The notes under the pieces: model-generated
Database searches by the model: none
Seen by the model: the letters and a program-made list of their open reading frames with translations, nothing else
Told to the model about the DNA's origin: nothing
In this document: positions 1 through 10,537 of the stretch, piece by piece
How positions within the stretch are numbered: the stretch's first letter is position 1
Layout: each line of letters opens with the position of its first letter
DNA from: a virus
IMG/VR virus record: IMGVR_UViG_3300044624_002142
Coordinates: 32,001 to 96,000 of that record
Reading direction: 5' to 3' (one strand)
DNA length: 64,000 bases
Program-made: the position numbers and the translations under genes

Positions 1-2
1 CA

Positions 3-521
3 TCAATTAAAAGTTTATTTGGTATGTTTCCTTCTATGTTTGAAAACGTAGTTTCTATACTTAAATCATTTGGATCCGTGTTGTATAAAGTATTCATTCA
101 ACCATGGGTCGATGCTTGGGATTTTATATCAAATTTGTTTGTTGGTAGAAGTAATTCCACACTGGGTAATGGAATTATCAAAGGATTGATTGGCGTTGGA
201 ACTGCAATATTGAAAATCTTTACGTCTCCCTTTGAATTTATATTTCAAATGATTATGACAGGATTTACGTCAATCGCAACGTTCGTACAAAACGTATTGA
301 GTGTGCCATTCAAGATTGTAGGCAAACTAATAGGAGTTGATACTGGAGGAATCGGTGGGGGTGTTGAAGCGGGTAACACGTCACAATCTGATACGATTGC
401 TGCAATAGAACAAACCAATCAAAAACTTGATACTCTTATCAGTTTAATGATGAACGGTGGTATTGCTGTAAATCTTGATGGTAGAAAAGTAAGTGAACAA
501 CTTGCTATTGCAAGTTCATAA
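3..521 (+). CDS. Tail tape-measure-like protein, C-terminal part (5'-truncated by window edge)
   Basis: Frame is open from base 3. Amphipathic G/I/F-rich repeats and C-terminal 'NQKLDTLISLMMNGGIAVNLDGRKV' typical of tape-measure ends; lies upstream of baseplate genes. Confidence 0.65.
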   Translation, partial: SIKSLFGMFPSMFENVVSILKSFGSVLYKVFIQPWVDAWDFISNLFVGRSNSTLGNGIIKGLIGVGTAILKIFTSPFEFIFQMIMTGFTSIATFVQNVLSVPFKIVGKLIGVDTGGIGGGVEAGNTSQSDTIAAIEQTNQKLDTLISLMMNGGIAVNLDGRKVSEQLAIASS

Positions 522-530
522 TTATAGAAT

Positions 531-3155
531 ATGGCTGATCAAATTCAAAGAAACTCAATTGCGTTTCCACTAGAAACTCGTTATAACAACGCATCTAGTT
601 CACCAACGCCTGGTAGTGAACCAAGAGATAGTCGTAGAATGGTACCACCAATTAATACGATACCTAAAGATTATCCACTTGGTGCTGCTCCCGGTAAAAT
701 TGAGAAACTGTATATTGCTAACAATAAACAAATTTTAACAAGATTCAGTGCAAAAACTGATTATGCTAATAGTTTGTTGAAGTTCGGTCCACGTCAACCC
801 TTTCTTTGGTATAACCCAAATGAAGGTAATGGTGGAACCAATGCAATTAAGAAATATGACAGTCGTGCATTTCCAATTGGATCTACATTACAAGATGTGG
901 TTCGTATCTCCAAATATACTGTATCTGGAAATGGTGTCACGTTTTTATTGAAACAAGCACTAATTCAAAATTTACAACCATTCAATGAAACGGCGTTATA
1001 CAATCCAGCCGTGCCTATTGTCGCTGCATTACGGCCAGGATCGCTTGGGTTACTTCCAAGACCAACAAGACACATTGATTTGAGTGGCGGTATTTTAGGT
1101 GCATTAGCAAGTGTTGTAGGCTTTAGTGTAAATAACGGTACATCGTCACCAAAGGGTACTGTAGGAAGCGGAAAGCCAGATGAATCTGATAACTCTCCTT
1201 TATCAAAACAATCAATCGGCGGTGGCAAAGGTCTTTTGAGAGCAAAAACCGCATCATCTGGATATAATTCTTTAGCTTCACGTTGGGGAGGTAATGCAAA
1301 TAAGAACAGTTTTCTAAAATCCATAGTTTCATCTGTATTTCCTTCATTAATTAAAACAAATCAACCGTCAAAAACAGGATATAGAGCGGATGAAGGTGCA
1401 TATGGAATGATGATTTCGGATATCAAAGGTAAGTTTACCAAACGAAATGTCATTACCAATGTAGAAATACCATTAAACCAATTATGGATCGCTGGAAGCA
1501 GCGATGGTGGAGAAAAGAATATTAGAAAAAATGGCAATGAAGTGCCACAAAATCGTAAAATTGTGTTTGTGGACGGTACAGAACAAAAAATTTCAGGTAC
1601 CGACATAAGTGGTCCAACAATAAACGGTGGAACGACTGGATTTAAGTTTGAAAAAGATGTAGATAATGTTGAAAAATACGGAAAATCAGTTGGTATAGAG
1701 CCATATCGTAAAGACAGTTCAAATAATTTCAAGTTTTCTGTGATGTTGATGAACTATAAAAAGTTTATCGACAAGACAAACCGTTTTCCAACCAAAATGG
1801 ATGGTCCTCCGTTGGACTTAACCAATGCGGATGAACCAACTATCATACTATCACAGAAAAATTTCTTCAAAAAATACGGATTCGACACGATTCCTCAGGT
1901 TTTTGTCATCAAAACGATGCCAAATATACCAACACGTCAAGGAAGTGGTGACGAAAATCGATCAGCATACTTAGTTGATGGAACATATTCGAAAAATCGT
2001 AAAGATGCTGGTGGAAATGGTAATCTTTCCGAGTTTTTGAAGAACATGGAGGACAATAAACTTCAAAATGTACCTTCCGAAGTCACTGATTTGCCAGATC
2101 GAATCAATGCAACGCTTCAAACCAAGAAAGAAGATCCAATTAATGCAAAACGTGTTGATAATCTTAAAGAATTGGTCACAAAAATCAAAAACGCGGGATA
2201 TTCGGTGTCATTTTCAAATGTTGATACTAGAGTTATGTCTAGCCCCGACTCGACTGTATATGGTATAGAGAAGTTAAAACAAACAAACATCACCGATAAA
2301 AAATATTCAGACAATTATAAAGAAAGTACCCAATTATTAGACGGTCTTAATAATTCACGTAAGAACAGTCGTAAAATGTCTGGGACTTACAAAGGTGATG
2401 ATCTCAATAAGTTGACTATTTTGGATAAACAACGTAGGATTATTGATGAAACAGATATATCTGGGTGGAATGTATACGAACCATATAATGATGATTTGAT
2501 TGCTTTCTACTTTTATGACATGGTAAATGAAAAACATATACCATTTCGAGCAAGTGTAACCGGAATCAATGATAGTTTTCAAGCAGACTGGGCAAATTAC
2601 AAATATATTGGTCGTGCTGACAAACTATATGTGTACGATGGTGTTACTCGTCAATTAAGTTTTAGTTTCAAGGTAATTGCTAATAGCATTAAAGAATTGC
2701 TTCCAATGTGGAAACGTATTAATTATTTGTGTGGATTAACATTACCTGCTAATTACACATCTGCACCAAGTCAACAAGATGGCAGTGAGAATCAGTTTAT
2801 GATTCCATCATTTGTTTTGTTGACGTTAGGTGATATGTATAAAGAACAACCCATTATAATTAATCGTGTAGGACTTACCATACCAGAAGGTGCGTCGTGG
2901 GAAACTGTGAGTGAAAACTCGGAACAAGATTGGTCATATTTGAATAACATTATTACATGGACTGGTTCAAAAGGAAAAGTTGCTCAATTTCCAAGAGAAG
3001 TTGAAATATCAGTTGATTTGACACCATTGTTCAAAGAACGACCTGTCACTGGAATGGCAAACTTTGGACATGCTCCAAGAGATCTTAAGAACATTGGATT
3101 GGTTGGAGGATTTAATAATGAGTTTTCAGAAGCCTTAACGGTTAATCGTGTATAA
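531..3155 (+). CDS. Baseplate / tail-tube-initiator-like structural protein
   Basis: 874 aa; C-terminal 'IPFRASVTGINDSFQADW..YIGRADKLYVYDGVTRQLSFSFKV...LTLGDMY' resembles tube-initiator domains of contractile tails; synteny. Confidence 0.55.
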   Translation: MADQIQRNSIAFPLETRYNNASSSPTPGSEPRDSRRMVPPINTIPKDYPLGAAPGKIEKLYIANNKQILTRFSAKTDYANSLLKFGPRQPFLWYNPNEGNGGTNAIKKYDSRAFPIGSTLQDVVRISKYTVSGNGVTFLLKQALIQNLQPFNETALYNPAVPIVAALRPGSLGLLPRPTRHIDLSGGILGALASVVGFSVNNGTSSPKGTVGSGKPDESDNSPLSKQSIGGGKGLLRAKTASSGYNSLASRWGGNANKNSFLKSIVSSVFPSLIKTNQPSKTGYRADEGAYGMMISDIKGKFTKRNVITNVEIPLNQLWIAGSSDGGEKNIRKNGNEVPQNRKIVFVDGTEQKISGTDISGPTINGGTTGFKFEKDVDNVEKYGKSVGIEPYRKDSSNNFKFSVMLMNYKKFIDKTNRFPTKMDGPPLDLTNADEPTIILSQKNFFKKYGFDTIPQVFVIKTMPNIPTRQGSGDENRSAYLVDGTYSKNRKDAGGNGNLSEFLKNMEDNKLQNVPSEVTDLPDRINATLQTKKEDPINAKRVDNLKELVTKIKNAGYSVSFSNVDTRVMSSPDSTVYGIEKLKQTNITDKKYSDNYKESTQLLDGLNNSRKNSRKMSGTYKGDDLNKLTILDKQRRIIDETDISGWNVYEPYNDDLIAFYFYDMVNEKHIPFRASVTGINDSFQADWANYKYIGRADKLYVYDGVTRQLSFSFKVIANSIKELLPMWKRINYLCGLTLPANYTSAPSQQDGSENQFMIPSFVLLTLGDMYKEQPIIINRVGLTIPEGASWETVSENSEQDWSYLNNIITWTGSKGKVAQFPREVEISVDLTPLFKERPVTGMANFGHAPRDLKNIGLVGGFNNEFSEALTVNRV

Positions 3156-3165
3156 TTATTGATAT

Positions 3166-3462
3166 ATGAGATATGACAAAAGTGTCAACATAAAGAAAAG
3201 ATGGGATGGTAAAAGATATTTTGGTACACGATTGTATCCAAATATTCCAGTCACTTCATCTGATATGTATGTTGTAACAAACGAAAGTGACACGTTGGAT
3301 AATTTAGCGTTCAAATATTATAAGAATCCTTCATTGTGGTGGATTATTGCTCAAGCAAATAATATTGGAAAAGGAAAATTGTCGGTGCCTGCTGGATTAC
3401 AACTACGTATACCTATAAACGTGACTACAATTTTAAATAATTATACCGTTCTTAATTCATAA
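3166..3462 (+). CDS. LysM / tail-X (gp53-like) baseplate protein
   Basis: 'DTLDNLAFKYYKNPSLWWIIAQANN...GLQLRIP' LysM-type signature. Confidence 0.8.
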   Translation: MRYDKSVNIKKRWDGKRYFGTRLYPNIPVTSSDMYVVTNESDTLDNLAFKYYKNPSLWWIIAQANNIGKGKLSVPAGLQLRIPINVTTILNNYTVLNS

Positions 3463-3467
3463 CAGTT

Positions 3468-5921
3468 ATGTCTACTCGATTCGTAGCGCCATTTGAAATT
3501 CAACCGTTTCCAAAATACATTCGTGACGAACTAGAACGTCGTGAAAAAGATATTGGAATGAACTTTATTTCCAACACTATTGCTAGTTGGGATGATGACG
3601 GTAACTGGAATACATACAAAGGACCAATGCGTTGTTGGGTTCGTGTATGTTCCAATGGTATTGGTGAAGAAAAATATGGTTCCAAAGAAGGTTTTGTAAT
3701 GGGTGGTGCAAATGGTTTTTATAAAGACTACGGATTTGATCCAACAACTTACAACAAAACTGAAACTGTATTGGGATTTACTCCGTCTGGAGTTGAACAT
3801 AGTATTGTCGGTGAAAACAATCAAAATGGAATTATAAATAAACATGTTCCACCACCGGGTATTATCAGCATCGATGCTATAATGCAAAAGTCGATGTATC
3901 GTCAGATTACTATCAAGTGGAAGTGTTATTCTAAAGATCATTTGAATTACATGACGCCGTACTTTATGTCCCCTGGCGTTTCAATGTTTATTGAATGGGG
4001 TTGGAATCATTATAATCCCAAGTGTTTGTTAAACTTAACCGATATTGGTCAACCAGCAAAAATGAAGGAGTCTGTTGACGATAAAACACCCGGACCATCT
4101 GGAGATCCTGAAGATCCCAGAAAGACTAAAGGATTTGGTTTATTGGGAATTTACACCGATCCATTGGAACAACAATTGATTGTTGAAGACGGTAAAGGTC
4201 TGTATGATTTAACTTGTGGTATTATAAGTAATTTTGATTATTCTTTACAACCAGATGGTTCATACGACTGTACCACGGAGGTAAAGAGCAATAGCTTCAT
4301 ATATAGTGGCGTTCAAACTCGTAGTAACGCTATGGCATCAACGTCACCGGCTGATAGTAAAGGAAACAAAAAGCCAGAACCGGTTAAGACTCTCAAAGAA
4401 TACATCCAGAATGACTTTAAATCGTTACCAAAGACCGTATTAACCGGTTTGAATGGTAATACTCCACTATTCCCTATTACGGGATGGCCGGGACCAGAAA
4501 CCCGTGTATTTATTCCACGTAACTTGGATACTTCTAATGATCCACGTACAAAAATTGATAATGTAACAAAATACAGTTTTGACTCTGGTGCAAACGATGA
4601 GTTTTGGATTACTATGGGTTTATTTGTAGACTTGATTAACAAGTTCTGCACAGCAGAGTCACAGAAAACTGGCGCTACATTTAATCAAGTTGACATCAAA
4701 TCATCGTGGATTGGCGGACATAAAAATCTAATAAGTATTGATGGTAAGGTATTGTTGATACCAAATTCTCAGGCACCTAATATTTCACCATCTGTTGAAG
4801 ATCGTGGAAACTCAAAAAACTATACAACACCTGACACGCAAAAGGACGGTAAGGATCCATCTGCAATTAGCGAGGCGGATAAAACTCTACAGTCGATATT
4901 CAATAGTACAACAAGACAAGATCTCAATGAAATTGTTAACTATTTTAGAATAAAGAACGGTGGCAAAAATCCTGCTGATGTTGAATTTCCATCAAAACAA
5001 TATGATTATAATTTGGGCAAGTTGGAGAACTTGTATATTCATAAAGATGTCGTTATAAAAGCGGTTGAAAAATCAGAAACGATTACCGACATATTGAACT
5101 TCGTTCTGAATAAGATTTCCGAATCTGTCAACGGCCTTTGGAAGTTTAACCTTATTCAATTTGGACCTTCTAATTCTTTGTTATCCATTATTGATACCGA
5201 TTGTTTTAGTTTGAAACGTTTACAAGAATTGAATTCGGATAAGCGGCCGTATTTGTATTTCTTCAAAAATAGAGCCAGTAGAAACAATATTCAGGCATTG
5301 AATTTTAGTGTTAAATTAAGTGATAAGGTTGCTACTTCGGTCATGTTTAATTCACCAAATGATAATAAAACATCTGTTCCTTTGAAGAATCCGTTTAGAT
5401 TTGTAATAAGAGATAGATTCTATAAGACTATAAACGACGCATCGTATTTGTCTCCGAAAGATCAACAAACTTTAATTAAAGATAAACAAAATCTTGAATT
5501 GGAACGTAAACGGTTGGATGAAAAACGTCAAGATGCTATTAAAAAGGAACGTGATGTAAAGGATGGTGCGTACATTTATGGTGTTGTTACCCGTGAAAAT
5601 GGTGAAGAAAAGACTTATATTCGTAAGTTGGTACTGACTCAAAAAGACTTATTGACTTTATTGGTTAATGATAAAGATCCGTATAATGGTTCGATCAATT
5701 CGTTTCCACAACCGGGAATAAAAGCGGAAATTACGGTGACAGGAATTGGGGGACTAAAAACATTTCAAATTTTTGGAATTGACAATTTGCCAGAACCATA
5801 CGATAAAGACATATTGTTTCAGATAGAAGATGTAAAACATAGTTTACAAAGTAATGGTCAATGGACTACTACTATTACTGCTGGTATACGTCCTACAAAA
5901 GGATTAAACGTTAAATCATGA
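3468..5921 (+). CDS. Baseplate hub-like protein
   Basis: 817 aa after the LysM gene; 'FIEWGW' and C-terminal 'FQIEDVKHSL..GQWTTTITA' beta-barrel end typical of gp27/gpD-like hubs. Confidence 0.55.
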   Translation: MSTRFVAPFEIQPFPKYIRDELERREKDIGMNFISNTIASWDDDGNWNTYKGPMRCWVRVCSNGIGEEKYGSKEGFVMGGANGFYKDYGFDPTTYNKTETVLGFTPSGVEHSIVGENNQNGIINKHVPPPGIISIDAIMQKSMYRQITIKWKCYSKDHLNYMTPYFMSPGVSMFIEWGWNHYNPKCLLNLTDIGQPAKMKESVDDKTPGPSGDPEDPRKTKGFGLLGIYTDPLEQQLIVEDGKGLYDLTCGIISNFDYSLQPDGSYDCTTEVKSNSFIYSGVQTRSNAMASTSPADSKGNKKPEPVKTLKEYIQNDFKSLPKTVLTGLNGNTPLFPITGWPGPETRVFIPRNLDTSNDPRTKIDNVTKYSFDSGANDEFWITMGLFVDLINKFCTAESQKTGATFNQVDIKSSWIGGHKNLISIDGKVLLIPNSQAPNISPSVEDRGNSKNYTTPDTQKDGKDPSAISEADKTLQSIFNSTTRQDLNEIVNYFRIKNGGKNPADVEFPSKQYDYNLGKLENLYIHKDVVIKAVEKSETITDILNFVLNKISESVNGLWKFNLIQFGPSNSLLSIIDTDCFSLKRLQELNSDKRPYLYFFKNRASRNNIQALNFSVKLSDKVATSVMFNSPNDNKTSVPLKNPFRFVIRDRFYKTINDASYLSPKDQQTLIKDKQNLELERKRLDEKRQDAIKKERDVKDGAYIYGVVTRENGEEKTYIRKLVLTQKDLLTLLVNDKDPYNGSINSFPQPGIKAEITVTGIGGLKTFQIFGIDNLPEPYDKDILFQIEDVKHSLQSNGQWTTTITAGIRPTKGLNVKS

Positions 5922-6295
5922 TTGAACTAAGTAAATATATTAATTTGGCAGGCAACGTAATACCTCCAGTATTTCCACGTGCATATTTGTTTTCATCTTC
6001 TGACATTGATTATAGCATTCCATACACTCGTCGTTATTTTGTAAAAAAGGTCAACGATAACGATGTTATTGAGGTTGAGGGTGACAATTTTAAAAATGTA
6101 CCAGATAATATCTATCAAAAAGTGAGTATCAACTGGCAAGTTTCAGGAATTCAACGTAGTGTCATTAATGATGGCAAGGTGATACAAGAAGGCGCTTACG
6201 AGTATAATCGTAAACAAGTTAAGTTGGCAGAAAAATACATGCCGGGGTTAACAATGAGAATTAGTGAAAAATACTTGGCAGGATTTAAAAGTTGA
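5918..6295 (+). CDS. Hypothetical phage protein (tail module)
   Basis: 125-aa ORF with ATGA overlap to the upstream gene. Confidence 0.6.
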   Translation: MIELSKYINLAGNVIPPVFPRAYLFSSSDIDYSIPYTRRYFVKKVNDNDVIEVEGDNFKNVPDNIYQKVSINWQVSGIQRSVINDGKVIQEGAYEYNRKQVKLAEKYMPGLTMRISEKYLAGFKS

Positions 6296-6320
6296 CTTTT
6301 TGAAAAGATCACGATATGTT
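6292..6320 (+). promoter_or_regulatory. Putative sigma70-like promoter
   Basis: TTGACT-17nt-TATGTT just upstream of the PolA-like gene. Confidence 0.45.
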
Positions 6321-6328
6321 ATTGTCAA

Positions 6329-7669
6329 GTGAACCAATTGACAAAAATTTCATCTGAAATAGGAAAAAAAGATATTATTATGGATGTTATTCCGTTATCG
6401 GAATCTACGCATCCTACGGTTACACAACCGTGTTTGGTTCTGATTAAGATAGTACTCACTGATCAATTTTACTGTCTTCATATCGACAGTTATGATGACT
6501 TTACATGTTACAAAAAAAGTGAAATTGAACAATTTTTGAATAAACGTCGTGGACGTATTTTTTGTTTTTCAAAACGAAAGGTTTTGCATCAACTAAACGT
6601 CAATAATCTTTTGGATTTATCTCTGGTTTGTTTTATTGAACAAGGTGACACTATTGAACAGGATGACTATGACACGTCATCACATTTGTTTTTTAAAAAC
6701 AAATATCAAAACCACAATGAGATAAATAAAATTATTCCAGCCAACAATCACATATCACGGTTTCTGGATATGTGTGAAGACGTTAAAGTTTATGTCAAAA
6801 AGAAATATGACGATTCATACCATGTTGTAAATAGTGCAATTATTGAAACTCTTCAATCAATTGAATCACACGGATTGCAAATTGATTCGGAACAATTTGA
6901 GAAACACTTTCCAGAAAGGAAACACTTGGTTATAAATAATAAAGTATATACCGAGTATAATATTTTTACATCAACTGGACGGCCAAGTAATCGATTTGGA
7001 GGTATCAACTATTCGGCACTCAATAAAGACAATGAATGTCGTAAAAGTTTTGTATCGCGACACGGCAATGATGGATTATTGGTGATGTTGGACTATAGTG
7101 CGTATCATCCACATATCATTGGAAAGTTGATTCGATACAATTTTCCGGAAGGAGTAAATATTTATCGTTATTTGGGTCAATATTATTTCAAAACTGAAGA
7201 TCTTTCCGAAGATCAGTTGAAGAAGTCGAAAACGTTAACGTTTCAACAATTATATGGGTCCATTTCAGAAGAATATGTTAAAATTCCTTATTTTGCGAAG
7301 ATTCGTGAATATATTCAACATCGATGGGAATTTTTTAATGAATTTGGGTACATTGAAACGCCAATTTTCAAGAGACCGATTACCAAGAATCACTTGAAAG
7401 ACGCAAATCCAAATAAATTGTTTAATTACATTCTACAAGCGTCTGAAACTGAGTTTTCAGTTCAAAGTTTGATGGATATCAATCGATATTTAACAGACAA
7501 ACTGACAAAACCGGTTCTGTATACGTATGATTCAATTTTGTTTGACGTAAATAAGTTTGAAGGAACAACGGTGTTGATGGAAATTACAAGATTAATGCAA
7601 AATCAAGGATTTCCCACCAAGTGTTATTTTGGACAGAATTATCATGACATGCAAACTGTAACTATTTAA
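6329..7669 (+). CDS. Family A DNA polymerase-like protein (polymerase domain only, degenerate motifs)
   Basis: 'TSTGRPS', motif A 'LDYSAYHP', motif B 'KTLTFQQLYG', 'NYILQASETE', motif C 'YTYDSILFD'. Confidence 0.8.
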   Translation: MNQLTKISSEIGKKDIIMDVIPLSESTHPTVTQPCLVLIKIVLTDQFYCLHIDSYDDFTCYKKSEIEQFLNKRRGRIFCFSKRKVLHQLNVNNLLDLSLVCFIEQGDTIEQDDYDTSSHLFFKNKYQNHNEINKIIPANNHISRFLDMCEDVKVYVKKKYDDSYHVVNSAIIETLQSIESHGLQIDSEQFEKHFPERKHLVINNKVYTEYNIFTSTGRPSNRFGGINYSALNKDNECRKSFVSRHGNDGLLVMLDYSAYHPHIIGKLIRYNFPEGVNIYRYLGQYYFKTEDLSEDQLKKSKTLTFQQLYGSISEEYVKIPYFAKIREYIQHRWEFFNEFGYIETPIFKRPITKNHLKDANPNKLFNYILQASETEFSVQSLMDINRYLTDKLTKPVLYTYDSILFDVNKFEGTTVLMEITRLMQNQGFPTKCYFGQNYHDMQTVTI

Positions 7670-7719
7670 AAAGTTCAGTTTTGGTAAGATACACAATATT
7701 TATTAGATATTGTGTCGTC

Positions 7720-9333
7720 ATGAATAAAAATAAAATTATAAAAGATATTCTAACTGAGTATGCGTTATTAGTTGAAGATGGTGGAATCTCCAAAGTTGAT
7801 GCTGACAAGTTATTAACCGCTATTGAAAACTGTGGATATAGTGAGTATTTTTCACCAACAACTGTTCAGAAGATTGTTGAGGCTGACACAAAGATCGGTT
7901 CTTCGAAATATTTGACCGATGATGAAATTAAATCGTTCAACGTCATGGTTGGACCATTGAGACGTGCTGGTGATTTCAATGACAATGATTTGAAGCAAGT
8001 TGATCTAAGTTTGGCTTATAACAAGCCAGCAGAACGTTTTCCGGGCGATGTTCATGTACCCAATGGTTTGACCTACGACGAAATGGTTGACTTGGTTTCA
8101 AATCCAGAAAAACGCAAAGAGTATGGAATCCCTGAAAACCTTGAATTAAATTTCACAAATTCAAACACAAAGTTAAGACTTAAGTTTGGACCCAAGTTGG
8201 TCTCAATGATCAACGTGCCACAGGGATTGAAAATTGGCACTCCCGGTTGGAGATCTGTTTTGTTGTATTTGCAATTGTACCGTTCACTTGGTGATTTGTT
8301 GAAATCAAAGACAGTTAAGGCAAGTGGCATTGAACAAGAAAAGATCAAGGCTGATCAACTTAACGAGTGGCTCAAAGAAAACAATCCAGAGAAAGTTGTA
8401 TTTGATCTTCATGTTTGGGACAAGGGAGAACACGTTAACACTGGTGTAAAAGTTGATTCTGCTATACACCTACAATTGGGTACTGGAGAAAAGGCAGACA
8501 TTGCCATGTTGGAACGTGGGCGTGAAGTATTTTGGATTTCCTTCAAGGGTGGTGATTTCAAGGAGGGAATGAGTACCAGTGAATTGGCAAATGTTGATTT
8601 TCCACAATATGGTGGATTCGTTGGATTGGATGACATTTATAAGACTGACAAAGTATGGTTGAGTGTCAAATCAAAGATGGTATCTGGTATTGTTAAGAAC
8701 TATCCAAATCGTATTGAAGTCAATCCAAAGACTACTACATTTGATGAAAAGGGCAATCTTGTTAATTTTAACGGTGTTCCCGCCATTGAATCACTAAAGG
8801 GTCAAGGTGAAATGTACAATCTATTGATTGGTGCATTTAAGAAGGGATTTTATCGATTTGTTACAGATCCTAACACTAAACGTAAGTATCTGTACATGAT
8901 GAACAACTTTGATGCTTATTTGGATTTCTTGGATGGATCACCAAAGACCAAAGAAATTGCAGGAAAAGCAATTTATGGTACCGATTTCACTTTGGATAAG
9001 AGCAAGCCATTTAGTCGTCAAAATTGTAGTATTTTGATGCAATCAAGAACTCCTTTGATTATGTCGAGAATTCCTAGCAAGTCAAAGAAAAATATACAAT
9101 TGTTGATTAGAACAGATGAAAACGGACACGTGTTGTTCAATCCAAATCTTCCTTTGCCAAAGAACGCTCAAGATCCATTTCAAAAGTACAAACCGGTGAT
9201 GTATTTTAGAAGTGGAACAAACGAACAGTTTACTACGAATTACAATGGTGATGGATATATGTTCATGAGAGCCAGAATCGTAGTCATTCCAGCAGCTAAG
9301 ATTGCTCCAAAGGCAATTAATCTTGCAAGTTAA
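7720..9333 (+). CDS. Hypothetical protein, possible PD-(D/E)XK-like nuclease domain
   Basis: ATG at 7720 after TATTTATT; 'EKADIAM...WISFKGGD...FPQYGG' resembles a variant restriction-endonuclease fold core. Confidence 0.4.
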   Translation: MNKNKIIKDILTEYALLVEDGGISKVDADKLLTAIENCGYSEYFSPTTVQKIVEADTKIGSSKYLTDDEIKSFNVMVGPLRRAGDFNDNDLKQVDLSLAYNKPAERFPGDVHVPNGLTYDEMVDLVSNPEKRKEYGIPENLELNFTNSNTKLRLKFGPKLVSMINVPQGLKIGTPGWRSVLLYLQLYRSLGDLLKSKTVKASGIEQEKIKADQLNEWLKENNPEKVVFDLHVWDKGEHVNTGVKVDSAIHLQLGTGEKADIAMLERGREVFWISFKGGDFKEGMSTSELANVDFPQYGGFVGLDDIYKTDKVWLSVKSKMVSGIVKNYPNRIEVNPKTTTFDEKGNLVNFNGVPAIESLKGQGEMYNLLIGAFKKGFYRFVTDPNTKRKYLYMMNNFDAYLDFLDGSPKTKEIAGKAIYGTDFTLDKSKPFSRQNCSILMQSRTPLIMSRIPSKSKKNIQLLIRTDENGHVLFNPNLPLPKNAQDPFQKYKPVMYFRSGTNEQFTTNYNGDGYMFMRARIVVIPAAKIAPKAINLAS

Positions 9334-9335
9334 AA

Positions 9336-10037
9336 ATGAAAAAGATTTATAAGAACATTTCTGAGTTGTTATCCGAACTTTGTTTAGACAAACGAGTTCA
9401 TGATGGCACATTTGATATTTTCAACAATAACCACATGGATATTTTGCGAGAAAAACTTGCAGAAATGGAAATTCCATCAAATGAAATTGTTGAATTAGCC
9501 AATAAAGTTATCGAAGGTAAGTATCCAGAACGTCAGGCATATAATGCCAAGGGCATTTTGGTTACGTTTCCTAACGCTGAATATAAACAACGTGCGATAC
9601 GTCGTGGAACACATTTTGAAGAAGATCCTACAAAGGGTCAACACAATTTGGATTTTTCGACACCATCACAAACAATACAACAAGAACCGACATCATCTAA
9701 TGAAAAACCTATTGAAATTGAGCCAGGTGTTCAAGAACCTAATCAACAAACTGTTCAACAAAACATCAGTACAACCGATCAGTCAACCAGTCAATCCACC
9801 AGTCAAGGTCAATCCGGAGTTGACACAACCGATCTCGAAACCAGAAGTGCCGATCAAAAAGAAAAAGACGCCGAAGAAGTCGAAAAAATCCTAACGACAG
9901 AATTTACGTTGGAAGAGGCTGTAAATAACAACTGGATCAAAAACAAAGGTCGTTGGTATAATTCTGACGGACTATTAGTTGGTTACGAATGGTATAATGT
10001 AAATAGCCAAAAAACCACAATATTGTCCACAAGATGA
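9336..10037 (+). CDS. Hypothetical protein with Q/S/T-rich linker (possible virion protein)
   Basis: 233-aa ORF closely packed with its neighbours. Confidence 0.55.
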   Translation: MKKIYKNISELLSELCLDKRVHDGTFDIFNNNHMDILREKLAEMEIPSNEIVELANKVIEGKYPERQAYNAKGILVTFPNAEYKQRAIRRGTHFEEDPTKGQHNLDFSTPSQTIQQEPTSSNEKPIEIEPGVQEPNQQTVQQNISTTDQSTSQSTSQGQSGVDTTDLETRSADQKEKDAEEVEKILTTEFTLEEAVNNNWIKNKGRWYNSDGLLVGYEWYNVNSQKTTILSTR

Positions 10038-10426
10038 AAGATACACAATTACTTTGTACGTTTTCTATACCAACTGAATATAAGTTGATATTGGAACAGA
10101 TCAAATCTTTTTATAAATTATCAAACAATAAGATTTTTGTTTTTAATAATGAAAAAAACAATAATGAGTTATATTTGACTTATAATATTGTTTACACAGA
10201 GTCCGGTTTAAAAAAACTGCCTAATACTATTTCTATACATCGTAAAAAACAAACCAATACTTTGTATACGTTAAATGCCATGAATAAGTTGATTACTGAA
10301 GAAAACAATGGCGTTTTTGATAAGTCATATCAGTTAAATTGGGAGTATTATAAAAACTCATTAATTATAACAAATGAGGTATCGGTTAAAATAATTTCTT
10401 TGAAGATTTTTGACGTAATAAGTTGA
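10034..10426 (+). CDS. Hypothetical phage protein
   Basis: 130 aa, 'TQLLCTF...TISIHRKKQTNTLYTLNAMN'; ATGA overlap; upstream of SSB. Confidence 0.65.
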   Translation: MKDTQLLCTFSIPTEYKLILEQIKSFYKLSNNKIFVFNNEKNNNELYLTYNIVYTESGLKKLPNTISIHRKKQTNTLYTLNAMNKLITEENNGVFDKSYQLNWEYYKNSLIITNEVSVKIISLKIFDVIS

Positions 10427-10451
10427 CTTTTTCGAGTACGTTCACTATAGT
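10423..10451 (+). promoter_or_regulatory. sigma70-like promoter of the SSB gene
   Basis: TTGACT-17nt-TATAGT. Confidence 0.65.
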
Positions 10452-10472
10452 TATACCAGAATTAGTTACACT

Positions 10473-10537
10473 GTTTGATTTCGAGTGAAATCGAACTATA
10501 TACTAATTACTACTTAACAATTAATAAATAAATAATT
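10473..10537 (+). promoter_or_regulatory. Leader hairpin plus AU-rich stretch, putative autogenous translational operator
   Basis: GTTTGATTTC-GAGT-GAAATCGAAC 10-bp stem followed by a ~40-nt G-free A/T-rich tract up to the SSB ATG. Confidence 0.45.
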
